Positions 39,511-52,440 of a stretch of DNA of 64,000 nt are shown here, piece after piece. The stretch's first letter is position 1, and every line of letters begins with the position of its first letter. The DNA is from Okamejei kenojei (lineage: Eukaryota): NCBI GenBank assembly GCA_035221665.1, contig CM069140.1, forward strand, positions 40,796,001 to 40,860,000, read 5' to 3'. The notes below the pieces were generated by a model. That model searched no databases, was not told the DNA's origin, and saw only the letters and a list, made by a program, of their open reading frames with translations. The translations under genes and the position numbers were made by a program.

Positions 39511-39892
39511 CTTGAGGTTAGAATGATTGACTTCCCATGACTGCAGCTATTTTCCTTTGTGCAAGATTCGACTCCAGCCATTGAAGTAAGTTCCTTTGAT
39601 GCACATTTCCATCAAGGGATTTTGATGTCACACTCAATCAAACATAGCCTTAATTTCAAAGCTACTCACTGTTGCCTCACCTCTACAATTTAGCTCAAGC
39701 AAAAGACAAAGTGCTGTTGAAACTCAGCGGGTCAGGCGGCATCTGTGGACGTTTTGGGCAGACATAATTGCAGGTTGGGACTTTTCCCTAGACCCTTCTT
39801 TAAATAATACTCCAAATACTGCTAGCCATTGCAGATGCTAAGGTCGACACACTCAGTTGTAACTTCAGTAAAGGTTTGATGAACACTGGCTG

Positions 39893-40488
39893 TTCACGAA
39901 GGAACTGCAGATGCTGGAAAATTGAAGGGGGGACGGGGGAGGAGGACAAAGAAGAGGAGGAGCCAGAGGGCTGAAGGAGAGCTGGGAAGGGGAGGAGACA
40001 GCAAGGACTAACGGAAATTGGAGAAGTCAATGTTCAAGCCGCGGGGGTGCAGACCGCCTAAGCGGAATATGAGGTGCTGCTCCTGGGGGGGTGGGGTTCA
40101 CATTTGAGGTGGCGAAAATGTCGGAGGACTATTTGTTGTATGTGACGGCTAGTGGGGTGGAAGGTGAGGACTAGGGGGACTCTGCCCTTGTTCCAAGTGG
40201 GGGGGATGGGGGGAGAGAGAGCAGTCTTGTGGGGTATTGAAGAGACCCTTGTGAGAGCCTCATCTATAGTAGGGGAGAGGAACCCCCGTTCCCTGACGAA
40301 TGAGGACATTTCCGATGCCCTGGTGTGGAACACCTCATCCTGGGAGCAGATGCGGCGTAGACAGAGGAATTGGGAGTAGGGGATGGAGTCCTTACAGGAA
40401 GCAGAGTGGGGATGAGTGTAGTACAGATAGCCATGGAAGTCAGTGGGTTTATAGTGGATGTCGGTCAGAAGTCTATCACCTGCGATGG
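39893..40488 (-). mobile_element. Penelope-like element fragment (RT thumb to 3' terminus, internally deleted)
   Basis: TDIHYKPTDFHGYLYYTHPHSASCKDSIPYSQFLCLRRICS in ORF 40058-40564; Penelope 3' end at 39893. Confidence 0.9.
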
Positions 40489-43400
40489 ATAACGATTTCA
40501 GGATTACTGCCTGTGCCACGTGACAGTGAGAGTAGGAATGGAATGAGGTGGAGGTTAAATGCATGGCTGAGGGACTGGTGCAGTGGGCAGGGATTCAAGT
40601 TTCTTGATCACTGGGACCTCTTTTGGGGAAGGCATGATCTGTACAAAAAGGACGGGTTGCACTTGAACCCGAGGGGGACCAATATCCTGGCAGGGAGATT
40701 TACAAAGGCTACTGGGGAGACTTTAAACTAGAAAGGCTGGGGGGAGGGACTCAGGTAGAGGGGGCTAGGGGACAGGGTGTGGGGCAAGAGGCAGAGAAGG
40801 GAAGCACTCGGACCCAAAATGTAGGCGAGAAAGAGGAAAAAGATAATAGACAGAGAATAAGGGATGGTGGGTTTATAAAATGTGTATATTTTAATGCTAG
40901 GAGCATTGTAAGAAAGGTGGATGAACTTAGAGCCTGGATTGACACCTGGAAATATGATGTTGTGACAATCAGTGAAACATGGTTGCAGGACGGCTGTGAT
41001 TGGAAACTAAATATTCCAGGATTTCGTTGCTTCAGGTGTGATAGAATTGGAGGGACCAGAGGTGGAGGTGTTGCATTGCTTGTCAGAGAGGATATTACAG
41101 CAGTGCTTTGGCAGGATAGATTAGAGGGCTCGTTTAGGGTGGCTATTTGGGTGGAACTGAGAAGTGGGAATGGTGTAGCAACACTTTTAGGGGTGTATTA
41201 TAGACCGCCAAATGGGGAGCGAGAATTGGAAGAGCAAATATGTAAGGAGATAGCAGATATTAGTAGTAAGCACAAGGTAGTGATTGTGGGAGATTTCAAT
41301 TTTCCAAAAATAGACTGGGAACCACATTCTGTAAATGGGCTGGATGGTTTGGAGTTTGTAAAATGTGTGCAGGATAGTTTTTTGCAGCAGTACATAGAGG
41401 TATCGACCAGAGAAGGGGCAGTGCTGGACCTCCTGTTAGGAAATGAGACAGGTCAGGTGACGGAGGTATGCGTTGGTGAACACTTCGGGACCAGTGATCA
41501 CAATACCATTAGTTTCAATATAATTATGGAGAGAGTCAGAACTGGACCTAGGGTGGAGATTTTTGATTGGAGAAAGGCTAACTTTGAGGGAATGCGTAAG
41601 GATTTAAAAGGAGTGAATTGGGACACTTTTATGGGAAGGATGTAGAAGAGAAATGGAGGACATTTAAAGGGGAAATTGTAAGAGTACAGAATCTTTATGT
41701 CCCTGTTAGGGTGAAAGGAAATAGTAAAAATTGGAAAGAGCCATGGTTTAAGGGAAATTGGACGCTTGTTTTGAAAAAAGAGAGATATCTACAATAATTA
41801 TAGGAGGTATGGAGTAAATGAGGTGCTAGAGGAGTATAAAGAATGTAAAAATAATCTTAAGAAAGAAATTAGGAAGGCTAAAAGAAGATATGAGGTTGCA
41901 TTGGCAAGAAAGGTGAAAGTAAATCCAAAGGGTTTCTACAGCTATATTAATAGCAAAAGGATAACGAGGGATAAAATTGGACCATTAGAGAGACAGAATG
42001 GACAGCTATCTGCAGTGCCAAAAGAGATGGGGGAGATATTGAACAATTTCTTTTCTTCGGTATTCACCAAGGAGAAGAATATTGAACTATGTGAAGTAAG
42101 GAAAAAAAGTAGAGTAGCTATGGACTATGAGATTCAAAGAGGAGGAAGTACTGACACTTTTGAAAAATATAAAAGTGGATAAATCTCCAGGTCCTGATAG
42201 GATATTCCCTAGGACATTGAGGGAAGTTAGTGTAGAAATAGCAGGAGCTATGACAGAAATATTTCAAATGTCATTAGAAACGGGAATAGTGCCAGAGGAT
42301 TGGCGTACTGCGCATGTTGTTCCATTGTTTAAAAAGGGTTCAAAGAATAAACCTAGCAATTATAGACCTGTTAGTTTGACGTCAGTGGTGGGTAAATTAA
42401 TGGAAAGGATACTTAGAGATAATATATATAAGCATCTGGATAAACAGGGTCTGATCAGGAACAGCCAACATGGATTTGTGTCTGGAAGGTCATGTTTGAC
42501 AAACCTTCTTGAATTTTTTTGAAGCGGTTACTAGGGAAATTGATGAGGGTAAAGCAGTGGATGTTGTCTATATGGATTTCAGTAAGGCCTTTGACAAGGT
42601 TCCCCATGGAAGGTTGGTTAAGAAGATTCAATCTTTGGGTGTTAATGGTGGAGTAGCAAGATGGATTCAACAGTGGCTGAATGGGAGATGTCAGAGAGTA
42701 ATGGTGGATGGCTGTTTGTCAGGTTGGAAGCCGGTGACCAGTGGGGTGCCTCAAGGATCTGTGTTAGGTCCACTGTTGATTGTCATGTACATCAATGACC
42801 TGGATGATGGGGTGGAAAATTGAATTAGTAATTATGCAGATGATACTAAGATAGGTGGTGTTGTGGATAATGAAGTAGATTTTCAAAGTCTACAGAGAGA
42901 TTTGGGCCATATGAAAAAGTGGGCTGAAAGATGTCAGATGGAGTTTAATGCTGATAAGTGTGAAGTGCTACATCTTGGCAGGACAAATCAAAATAGGACG
43001 TACATGGTAAATGGTAGGGAATTGAGGAATGTTGTGGAACAGAGAGATCTAGGAATAACTGTGCATAGTTCCCTGAAGGTGGAATCGCATGTAGATGGGG
43101 TGGTAAAGAAAGCCTTTGGTGTGCTGGCCTTTATAAATCAGAGCATTGAATATAGGAGCAGAGAAGTAATGTTAAAATTGTACAAGGCATTGGTGAGACC
43201 AATTCTGGAGTATGGTGTACAATTTTGGTCGCCTAATTATAGGAAGGATGTCAACAAAATAGAGAGAGTACAGAGGAGATTTACTAGAATGTTGCCTGGG
43301 ATCCAGCAACTATGTTACAGAGAAAGGTTGAACAAGTTAGGTCTTTATTCTTTGGAGCGCAGAAGGTTAAGGGGGGACTTGATTGAGGTCTTTAAAATGA

Positions 43401-43761
43401 TGAAAGGGATAGACAGAGTTGACGCGGATAAGCTTGTCCCATTAAGGGTAGGGAAGATTCAAACAAGAGGGCATGACATGAGAATTAAGGGACGGAAGTT
43501 TAGGGGTAACGTGAGGGGGAACTTCTTTACTCAGAGGGTGGTGGCTGTGTGGAATGAGCTTCCAGCAGAGGTGGTGGAGGCAGGATCGATTTTAACATTT
43601 AAAAGTAAAGTGGATAGGTATATGGACGGGAAGGGAATGGAGGGGTATGGTCTGAGTGCAGGTAGATGGGACTAGGGGAAAACACATGGTCGGCACGGAC
43701 TGGAAGGGCCGAGTGGGCCTGTTTCCGTGCTGTAATTGTTATATGGTTATATGGTTATATG
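40489..43761 (+). mobile_element. Near-complete CR1 LINE (ORF1 C-terminus plus full ORF2 with few disruptions), (atatggtt)n tail
   Basis: ORF1 SGNH end DGLHLNPRG; APE endonuclease YFNARSI, ISETW, GDFNFP, SDH; [36 protein letters not shown]; tail at 43738-43762. Confidence 0.97.
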
Positions 43762-45092
43762 GATGAACACTGGCTGGTTGCTCCAACGCATTTATGAGTC
43801 CAAGCATAAATTTATCATAAAACGTCCTCTAACTCAAATGAACACAAGTTAATCATGTATTACACATCCCACAATCATTTCAAACCATAATCCTTCTACC
43901 CCAGTTACAAGTTTACAAAATGTTTTTGTGTTCAATTCAACACTGCCTGCTAACCTTTTCTAATACTCTGGCTTTATCTCCTGTACTAACATTCTTTTTT
44001 CTGTCCTGTACTTCTTGGAATATTTTTACTGATCAATTGAACTTTATTCTTGGTATTTGTCAAAAGCTGTTTTGCTTTAAAATTTACTTCCTTTGTCAAT
44101 TAGGCTGCATTAACTTTGGATGGTCTCCCTTATTCCCTGAAAGGAATATGCCTAGTTCGTAGCAGTGCTCACTTATCTCTGACTGCTATTCATTGCTCTT
44201 TTATTGCTTTAACTTGTAAAATGAACAGAGATAAAATCAAGCTGTTCTCCTGAACTAAATGGATTCATTGTCAAGGGCCTGCCTGATGCCCCCGAGAGAA
44301 AAATCCAGGTTGCAGAGTAAGAGGACAAGCTGACCTATTGGGCTTTCCTACTGGTCTGTTTCACAACTTGCAACTCCCACATTTGTTTATCTATTCTCGC
44401 CCTCTAACTGCTCCCATTCATTCATTGACAAGATAACCTTGTTTATATGGTCACCCCCTGTTTTACTCAATCATAGACCTCTCTGACCCCATTCTCCCTG
44501 CAGTTTAACAAGCTTCTTTTGTCTCTTTTTTTAGTTTCTGATGAAGGGTTTCCAACTTGAAACATTGATCCCGCATCTCTTACCATGCCCTTGAATTGCT
44601 ATTTCCACTATTTTCTGTTTCACCTTTACATTTCTAGCACCTGTGTTTTTGTTTTCAACTTTCCATTTTTTCCATGGTTGGTGAAGATTATATGTGCTTC
44701 ACAGGAAAGAAAATAGTGAGGCCATGTTTGAAAATCTGCTATTTGGCAATGTTATATGTTCACCAGCTCTCACATTTAATACAAATGAGAACCAAATGAA
44801 GTTCAATAGTTACTCAAACTTGGTGCATCACATCACTTCCAAGGTACCCCTTGCCAACTGATAATACTGGTCTTAGGAAACATACAGCATTGAGTACTTT
44901 TGTTGCTGCTCATGCAACAATAGTAAAAACAAACAAATATCTAAATGCAATTTTGTGAATTTCAGGTGCCTTTGTGCCTAGTAAATTCAGGTTGGGATAG
45001 CCAGCTCTCTCCAAAATAGATTGTCTGACCATTTACATGATCACGTTCTATGAGGCATTGCATTACAAATATTGGCTGTAGATTTCCAACGT

Positions 45093-45480
45093 TACACGAT
45101 TGCCTGGGATCCTTCGCCGAGGATTGACGTGGAGCTGAGCCCAGCTCGGCCTGTGTACTTCGGAAGCCGTCGTCTCCGGTAGGAAGCGGACGATTTAGAA
45201 CTCCTAGCCGCTGAGAGTGTTCTTCCGATGCCAGACTTCCTTGATCCGGCGAGAGGGCCTGAAACATCGTGCCGCCATTGCGAGGACTGTGGAGGCCTCA
45301 ATAGGCCCCGACCATGGGTGAACATAGAGGCAGATGACTGAACTTTTATTGCCTTTCCCCCCACAGTGGGAAGCTTTGATTCTGCTGTGTGGGGATGTTC
45401 ATGTTAAATTCTGTCATGTGTTGTGTTCTTTTTATTTGTATGGCAACCCAAATCTCACTGTACCAATTGCAAAGCCAATT
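45093..45480 (+). mobile_element. GC-rich non-autonomous retroposon-like repeat
   Basis: 3' part (ctttcccccacagtggg...gctgtgtggggatgtt...ttgtatggc) resembles 5140-5260; tail aaatctcactgtacc. Confidence 0.5.
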
Positions 45481-45823
45481 CCTCTGATGTAAAACTCCAG
45501 GACATCCCAAGGTTGGGAACTGAGATACACTTTTGGTCTCCATGGTGCTGAATATACGTGCCTGCATTAGAGGCAGCACATAAAAGATTCACTACATAGT
45601 TCAGAATTAGGGACAGAATGCATGCTAGAGAAGACCATAGGAGTGTTCCCCAACGGAAGCCTTGGATGACACATGAGATCCACTTCAGGTCAAGTTCAAG
45701 TTTGCGGAGTTCCAGTGAAATGATCCACAGAGAGGTGCAACATTTCTATATACAACCTTCATAAAGACATCAAGGATGCCAGGTGGGAAATCCAGACCAA
45801 GCTAGGTATTTATATAGCAATGT

Positions 45824-45924
45824 ACTAGACTAAGTGGGACCCGTTGGGTCCCATGTTCACACAGGAGGGCTGGTCCCCAACACAATATTGCACCTCTCCA
45901 CCAATTCCAATATTGGTGGCCAGT

Positions 45925-45955
<31 letters not shown>

Positions 45956-46539
45956 GGGGCTTTCTAGAGCACTAGTATGGGTGCTGTGGGCTGAAGGGAC
46001 TGGTTTCCAGCGGGATAGTATGGACATTGTGAGCCAAATGGTTTCTTGGACTGGCAGCTCAGTCACTCAGGCCTGGTGGGCTGGCAGCTCAGTTACTCAG
46101 GCCTGGTGGGCTGGAAACTCAGTCACTCAGGCCAGGTGGGATGGCAGCTCAGTCACTCGGGGCTGGTGGGATGGCAGCTCAGTCACTCGGGGCTGGTGGG
46201 CTGTCAGCTCAGTCACTCGGGGCTGGTGGGCTGGCAGCTCAGTCATTCGGGACTGGTGGGCTGACAGTTCACTCGTGGCTATTCCTTGAAATTCCATTTC
46301 AAGCAGAGTGCAGGCCACCAAACTCAATTTCATAGCATTTCAAACAGAGTGCAGGCCACCAAATTGCCAGCCAACTGAATGCACTGTCATTAAGGGCTAA
46401 CAAATCATTTATTGCAAGTAAATTGCAGACTCACAGATCAGTTGATTCACAGCTTAGAATCACAGTTGTGGACTCTCCCTCGCGATCTTCCAGAGTGACT
46501 GACTCGCATCCAGGCATCTGCCGTTTTATAGTCCTGCTT

Positions 46540-46570
<31 letters not shown>

Positions 46571-46816
46571 AAGGGGCCTTACCTTCATCGTGGTGATTGA
46601 CAGGCGAGAGGACCAATCAGCTGATCTCAAGATTTTCTAAACACTCATAACTTATGTATTTTTCATCGATTGAAAAAATCCTCGGGGCTGCCTCAGCGGA
46701 GGAGGACTGTGAATAAGATGGCAAGAAATCATAGCGATACATGGTAGTGTTTATTTTCTAAAATCATTATACAGCGCAGACAGGAAGTAATCAAGATAAG
46801 ACTTTTAGTTATATAA
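45824..46816 (-). mobile_element. Non-autonomous Helitron-like element
   Basis: Minus 3' end gggacccaacgggtccc-acttagtCTAG; 5' end tatataactaaaagtc...acttcctg; homologous to 16825-18104. Confidence 0.78.
46048..46275. repeat. 30-bp minisatellite, ~7 copies, inside the Helitron
   Basis: Unit ggctggcagctcagtcactc(a/g)gg(c/g)ctggtg at 30-bp period. Confidence 0.95.
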
Positions 46817-48679
46817 ATAAGGACAAGCCCTATCAGTGAACCCATTGACTCTGGTCTCAGGTGCTTCCTTTCCCTTATTAGTTTGCACTTCTGCTGCATT
46901 GTTAATAAGCACTTGTTAAGTTAAATACTTCAGAGAACTCCATCAGGTGCCTCGCTCTATCCAACTCTGTCATGATATATGTTCTACTTAACCATTGGAG
47001 CACATTTACCCCAAAGTTAGAGGATACTGTAAAACTCGTATATTGGATTTAATGATATTTACTAAAATCTTCTGGGACACAAAGTTTCACATTTTGCAAT
47101 TAAACAAGTTACTTTAAAACAACATCCTTTCATTAGCTTTTGGAGCTGTAAAGCATTCGTTTTGTACCACACCCAAAACCGTCAGTTCATTTTTTTTCCC
47201 CATCAGTTTTGACAATTATCTTGGATATTATGTCTTTACTTGGAGTCTCTATGTGAGAAAAAGCTGTTCGGCTCTTGGCCAAGTGTCGATAAAGTCTCAA
47301 AAAAAAAATCACTATCAATGTTTTATAAATCTCTTGTATTCTTTCAACAATCAATGTTAAAATTCACTAAAGTACGTGCTTTAAGTCTCTCGAACAATAT
47401 TAGTTCTGTGCATTCTGAGTAATCATGAGCAATTTTTAGGTATATTTTGCCAAGTAGAATCTACAATGTGACTTACAAAGATTCCTATCTGACTATTTAT
47501 TTTCTTCTGAAAGGATCGGAATCCTTTTCAGATATTTTTTCCTGTTCACTTCTCATTCCAAAACACTTTTTCGAAGCTCGTATCCCGACTTAGTGATTTG
47601 GCTATGAAATGTTTGGGGGAACAATGATCAATTCAGCTTTGCAGAATGCAAGACTCCAGACTGCATTGTCAGTTTTATGCCTGTCAGAGTACAAGACATT
47701 AATTCTGGAAAACTGAAAACATTCCACTTCAGACGCACAGCTAATGTCTAACCGCCCATTGGCATATTTCCTAAGCCTATTTTCAAAAAAGTTGCTACTA
47801 CTTTCTCAGATCAACAATGTTTCTCTGTCCATTTCCAGTAGACATCCTAAAACTTTTCGAATTGAATTGCCAAGACTCTCTCCATTTCTATTTTAGCTTT
47901 CTCTCTCCCCTTGCCCTCCATCATCCCAGAGTTCTGTAGACTGTATCCTAACTTGCGCAGCCCAGTTCAGTCTTTACTTATACATGCATTTAACTACATT
48001 AACACCTGATCCAGTTATACCACAAATTTAAAATGTTCACATGTATGTTTAAATCGCTCAATATTATTACTCCTCTAGAAAGATAAATAAGAAGGCGCAT
48101 ATGGCAGGATATTCTTTTCTGATTTACTTACATGCTACATCCGCAAAGGTGGATGTATACAGGAGAATAATAAGATTAAACGAGAACTTACCAGTTCGAA
48201 GTTTGATCCTTATTTTATGAGGAGTAACGTTGAGGGATTACGTGAAGAAGCTCCGCCAGGCGCATGCGTGTCATACTTCAAAGCAGCGGCGTGAAAACAC
48301 AGAAACAAATAGCCGATGTAACATAGTAAGGCTTTAAGAAGACTAGAACTACCAGATCTCTTAGATTATGAGGGTGGGAGCGGAGGGCACGTAATCCCTC
48401 AACTTTACTCCTCATAAAATAAGGATCAAACTTCAAACTGGTAAGTTCTCATTTAATCTTACTATTTTACTTCGGAGTCACGTGAGTGACTACATGAAGA
48501 TTTCAAAGCTCTGTGTTTCCATGCCGTAGATACACTCCATACAGTAGTGAATAAATAATATATTGAACATTGCTTCAAATTATTCAATAACTATTTTAAT
48601 AATAATAACAAAAAACAGTAATAACCCCTCTGTCCCAGGGGGAAATTACAAAAAATGATATATAAACAAAGCAAATGAA

Positions 48680-49620
48680 TTAAATGGAACCCAAAACAGC
48701 ATGCCCAAACCGTGGCACTATCTGTACAGGTTTGTCATAGAATTGAGAAAACGTTGATTCTCTAGACCATCCTGCGGAAGCGAGGATTTGGTCTAGCGGC
48801 ATGTCCTGAGCCTTCGCCGCGGATGTTGATGCCGCCCTGGTGGAGTGAGATTTAAATACATCAGTGTCGACTCCAGCAAAATTGAGAACCTGTTTCAACC
48901 ATCTAGAAATAGTTTGTACTGACACTCTTTTATATGGCTTTTTGTGACTAATGAGCAGTCCTGTCTCAGAACCTCTGAGAGTCCTTGTTAACTCAATATA
49001 TTGGCTTAAATGTTTAACTACACATAACATTGGGTCAACAGGATATGCTTTAAATGTTACCTTGGTTCCTGCCATCCCTGGCCTGCTTTGTTTGATTAAA
49101 TCATTGACATAAAATGTAATGTCATCTAGAGACAAATGCATACAATCTATTCGTAACAAATGTAATGTTTGTACACGTTGTGCTGAAACCAGCGCCATTA
49201 GCATAACCACTTTAAGAGTTAATCTCTGCATAGATAATGACGGAATTGAAGCCCATTGCCGAAGCAGTGTGAGAACTATACTGATATCCCAGATTTCCGT
49301 ATATCTATGCTTAGGAGGGTTTTTTTTTTTAAATTCCCCTCATAAATCGGATACTAACGGATGAGACCCGATAGGTTGTTGTTGTTCTGAAGACTGCCCT
49401 AAATAGGAGGACAAAGGATTCTGAGCACTGTTAATGGCTATAACTCAGGTGCTCATCAAAATGCAATTTAGCAAGGAACTCCAACACATCACATATGATA
49501 AGATATATTTGATTGTACAGAGAACATCTCCCATTTCTTTATGTGCACCACATATTGTTTTTTAGTGCTATTTCTCCAGGCTGCAGCGATAACCTCCATG
49601 GTCCTGTTTGATAATCCAAG
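48680..49620 (-). pseudogene. DIRS tyrosine recombinase (C-terminal ORF 48680-49231 open, N-terminus frameshifted)
   Basis: LMALVSAQRVQTLH, LCVV, TISRWLK, FKSHSTRAAS, AGWSRESTFSQFY catalytic-motif pattern. Confidence 0.92.
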
Positions 49621-49637
49621 GCCTTGGAATGGTCTGG

Positions 49638-50603
49638 TCAGAACCTGTAGACCAACAAAATGATACTGTCATGTAACGGGTGACTTTCTCCTGTAACCGG
49701 ATGCACCAACAAATTACTGCAGCTGGGAATCATCATGAATTGCTGAGCCATCATTCTCAGTACTAATGGGAACCATAGTTGTGTTGGCCAATCTGGGACC
49801 ACCAAAACGCCTGTGGCGGAGTCGCGCTCTATTTTGGTGAGACATTTCGTGATCAGACAAAATGGAGGAAATGCATAAAAGAATGAGTGCCCCCAATGTA
49901 AAGAGAACACATCCACAGCCACTGCTCCTGGATCTGGCTCCCATGAAACATATTTAGGCAACTGGTGATTCAATCTGGATGCGAACAGATCAATATCTGG
50001 CAACCCAAATCGAGTGACAATTGTTTGAAAAATCTCAGCATTCAACATCCATTCTATATTGTCATTAAACTTTCGCGACCTATGGTCTGCTACCACATTG
50101 TCTATACATGGTAGATAGATGGCTGAAACCCAGATGTTCCTTGAAATACACCAATGCCAAATGAGGTTAGCCAAGTTATCACATGATACTGATCTTGCTC
50201 CTCCCATATAATTAATATATGCCATTGCTGTGGTGTTATCAATCTGTAGTTGAACGTGTAAATTATTCATTGTGGAGCAATATGCTTTTAACCCATAAAA
50301 TGCCCCCAATAATTCCAAATAATTTATCCCTTGTGTGTGGAGAATCAAACCTTCTTGTTCAGTCCATCTACCCCCACAGCTAGACTCAGTGTTTGTAGCC
50401 CCCCATCCGAGTGCGCTGACATCAGTCTGTAAGATCACTGACGGTTCATGCACCAAAATGTTATTGGTAGCTTGACTAACATTAACAATCCACCACTGCA
50501 ATTCTGCTAGAGCTGTGGTTGGTAACCGCATAACCCGATCAAAATGACCTGCGTGCTCTTTTAATGCTTGTTCTCTTGCTCTTTGCAAATGTTGATAATG
50601 CAA
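49638..50603 (-). pseudogene. DIRS RNase H plus adenine methyltransferase-like domain
   Basis: LQTDVSALGWG, INYLELLG, IDNTTAMAYIN, NVVADHRSR (RNase H); PDIDLFASRLN, YAFPPF, VVPDWPTQLWF (methyltransferase-like). Confidence 0.92.
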
Positions 50604-51500
50604 AGGTCCGAACTGTACTGCAGGAAAAGTCTACCAATTTCCCAATGACCTTGGCGACTTCACGGATGGAGGGATAAAGCTTTTGTGTGAGGCAAGTACA
50701 GACATTAGCAATATCCACAACCTTTGCTGGTGGTAATGTTACTGTCATATCAACTGAATCAATAAGAAATCCCAAATACTCAATATTTTGGGTTGGCTGT
50801 AACTTGGACTTAGTTGGATGGACCAAAAACCCTAATGTTTCAAACACATTTTTGGTGACTGCAACCGATCCTTCAGCTGACTAGTTAGTGTTGCTGATAA
50901 TTAAGATATCATCTAAATAAGCCATGACAATGTGATTGTGGGCCCTCAATAGCCCCAGCACAGGTTTTAACAATTTAGTAAATAGCCTAGGTGCTGAGCT
51001 TAATCCATTAGGCAATGCTTTGTATTGCCACAGCTGTCCCATCCAATTAAATTTCAAGTACTTGCGATAATGAGCATGAATTGGCACCAAATAATATGCA
51101 TCTTGCAAATAAATAGTTGCCATATAACAACCCTGTGATACCAGCTGCTTAGCAGTAACAAAGGTGTCCATTTTAAAATGCCTATAAAGACTGAAGAATT
51201 TAAGTGAGGTTCAGAATTACTCTACAACCCCCATCTTTTTTAGGTCTGGGGAATATATTAGACACAAATTGTTGAGGGTGATTAATGACTTTCTCAGTCA
51301 CTTCTTTTTGGCATAAATTCATAATCTCATCGTTTACCTGTTCAGTCTCTGGAGCAGAAAACACCAACATTTTATTAGGCTTGTGCCGTTGAGGTGGATC
51401 TATCCCTGAAATAAACTCAATGGTAGAATCTGAAACAGTATTTAGTACAAACATATCAGATGTTATACAGCACCATTCATTATAGAACAATTGTAATCTA
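50539..51500 (-). pseudogene. DIRS reverse transcriptase, frameshifted
   Basis: FVSNIFPRPKKDGGCRVILNL; LQDAYYLVPI; QYKALPNGLSSAPRLFTK; AYLDDILI; IEYLGFLIDS. Confidence 0.92.
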
Positions 51501-52440
51501 CCTCCAATAGGAGGTTGTCCACCAGAAACTTTATCGTTAACAGAAAGTCCCTGTACCTCTCCAGTTGGCCTATAAGTCTGTTGTCTGCCCATATTGGGGT
51601 TGTAGCCGATCTGTCTTGGTGGGTATCCTTGTTGCCCCACTGGCCTCCCCCTGCTGGGCCCAGCACCTGGATCCGACCTTCGATAGATAAACCCAGGCTT
51701 TCGAAATGGTGGCCTGGAGATGGTTGGCTTCATCAAGCCAATAGTTTTTGCCGCCTCATCAATCTCACAAATTTGTTTCACAAGATCCATTCCAAACAGG
51801 AATTCAGACATTTGAACATTCATCGCCTTACACAGAGCAGCAAATTTCTGATTGAGAGTTGGCCTGATGGCGATTTTCCTAATGCAATTAATCTCAAAAC
51901 GCATTGCATAACATAGCCAACATATCTTTTTGTATTTGAGTTATCATTGTCCCTTTTACCATTGTGCCAAATGCAGTAATTGTAGCCGCCACCAGTTGGA
52001 GGACGTGTTGATATCGAACCTCCTGTCCCCTCATAGAAGGACTCATGGGTGCCCATATTGCTGGATTCACCGTAGGCACTTTCAGTGATGCACAGTTGAC
52101 ACTTCTTCTCCTTGTTTGTGGTCTCTTGCATCATAGATTGCTGGAGCTGGTGAGACACTAAATAGTTGATGTTGTTGGCAAGGTACTCTTCCATTGCCTC
52201 ACCAGTCCCCTCCGGAATAGCAAAACTCATTGCTATTTCCGGGACACCCGGAGCATGGCTCTTGTGCTCTGGTGTTTGCACATAAGCAGGGACACCAGAA
52301 TCAGGGTCAGCTGCATCCTGCCCTGCTTCTCCCAATTCATATTGTAGGGAGGCATCCTCCAGTCCTAAACAAGGCGCTGGAAGGAAATCCCCTTGCTGGT
52401 ATTCCATATATTCCTCTTGATATGAGCCTTCTTGCACAGC
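51500..52440 (-). pseudogene. DIRS gag-like ORF1 remnant
   Basis: Position upstream of RT; PTVNPAIW, IRKIAIRP, FLFGMDL segments in ORFs 51200-51904 and 51894-52079. Confidence 0.65.

Noticed and set aside
45834-46335. Repetitive Trp/Gly-rich ORFs
   Set aside because: They are translations of the 30-bp minisatellite, open in several frames.
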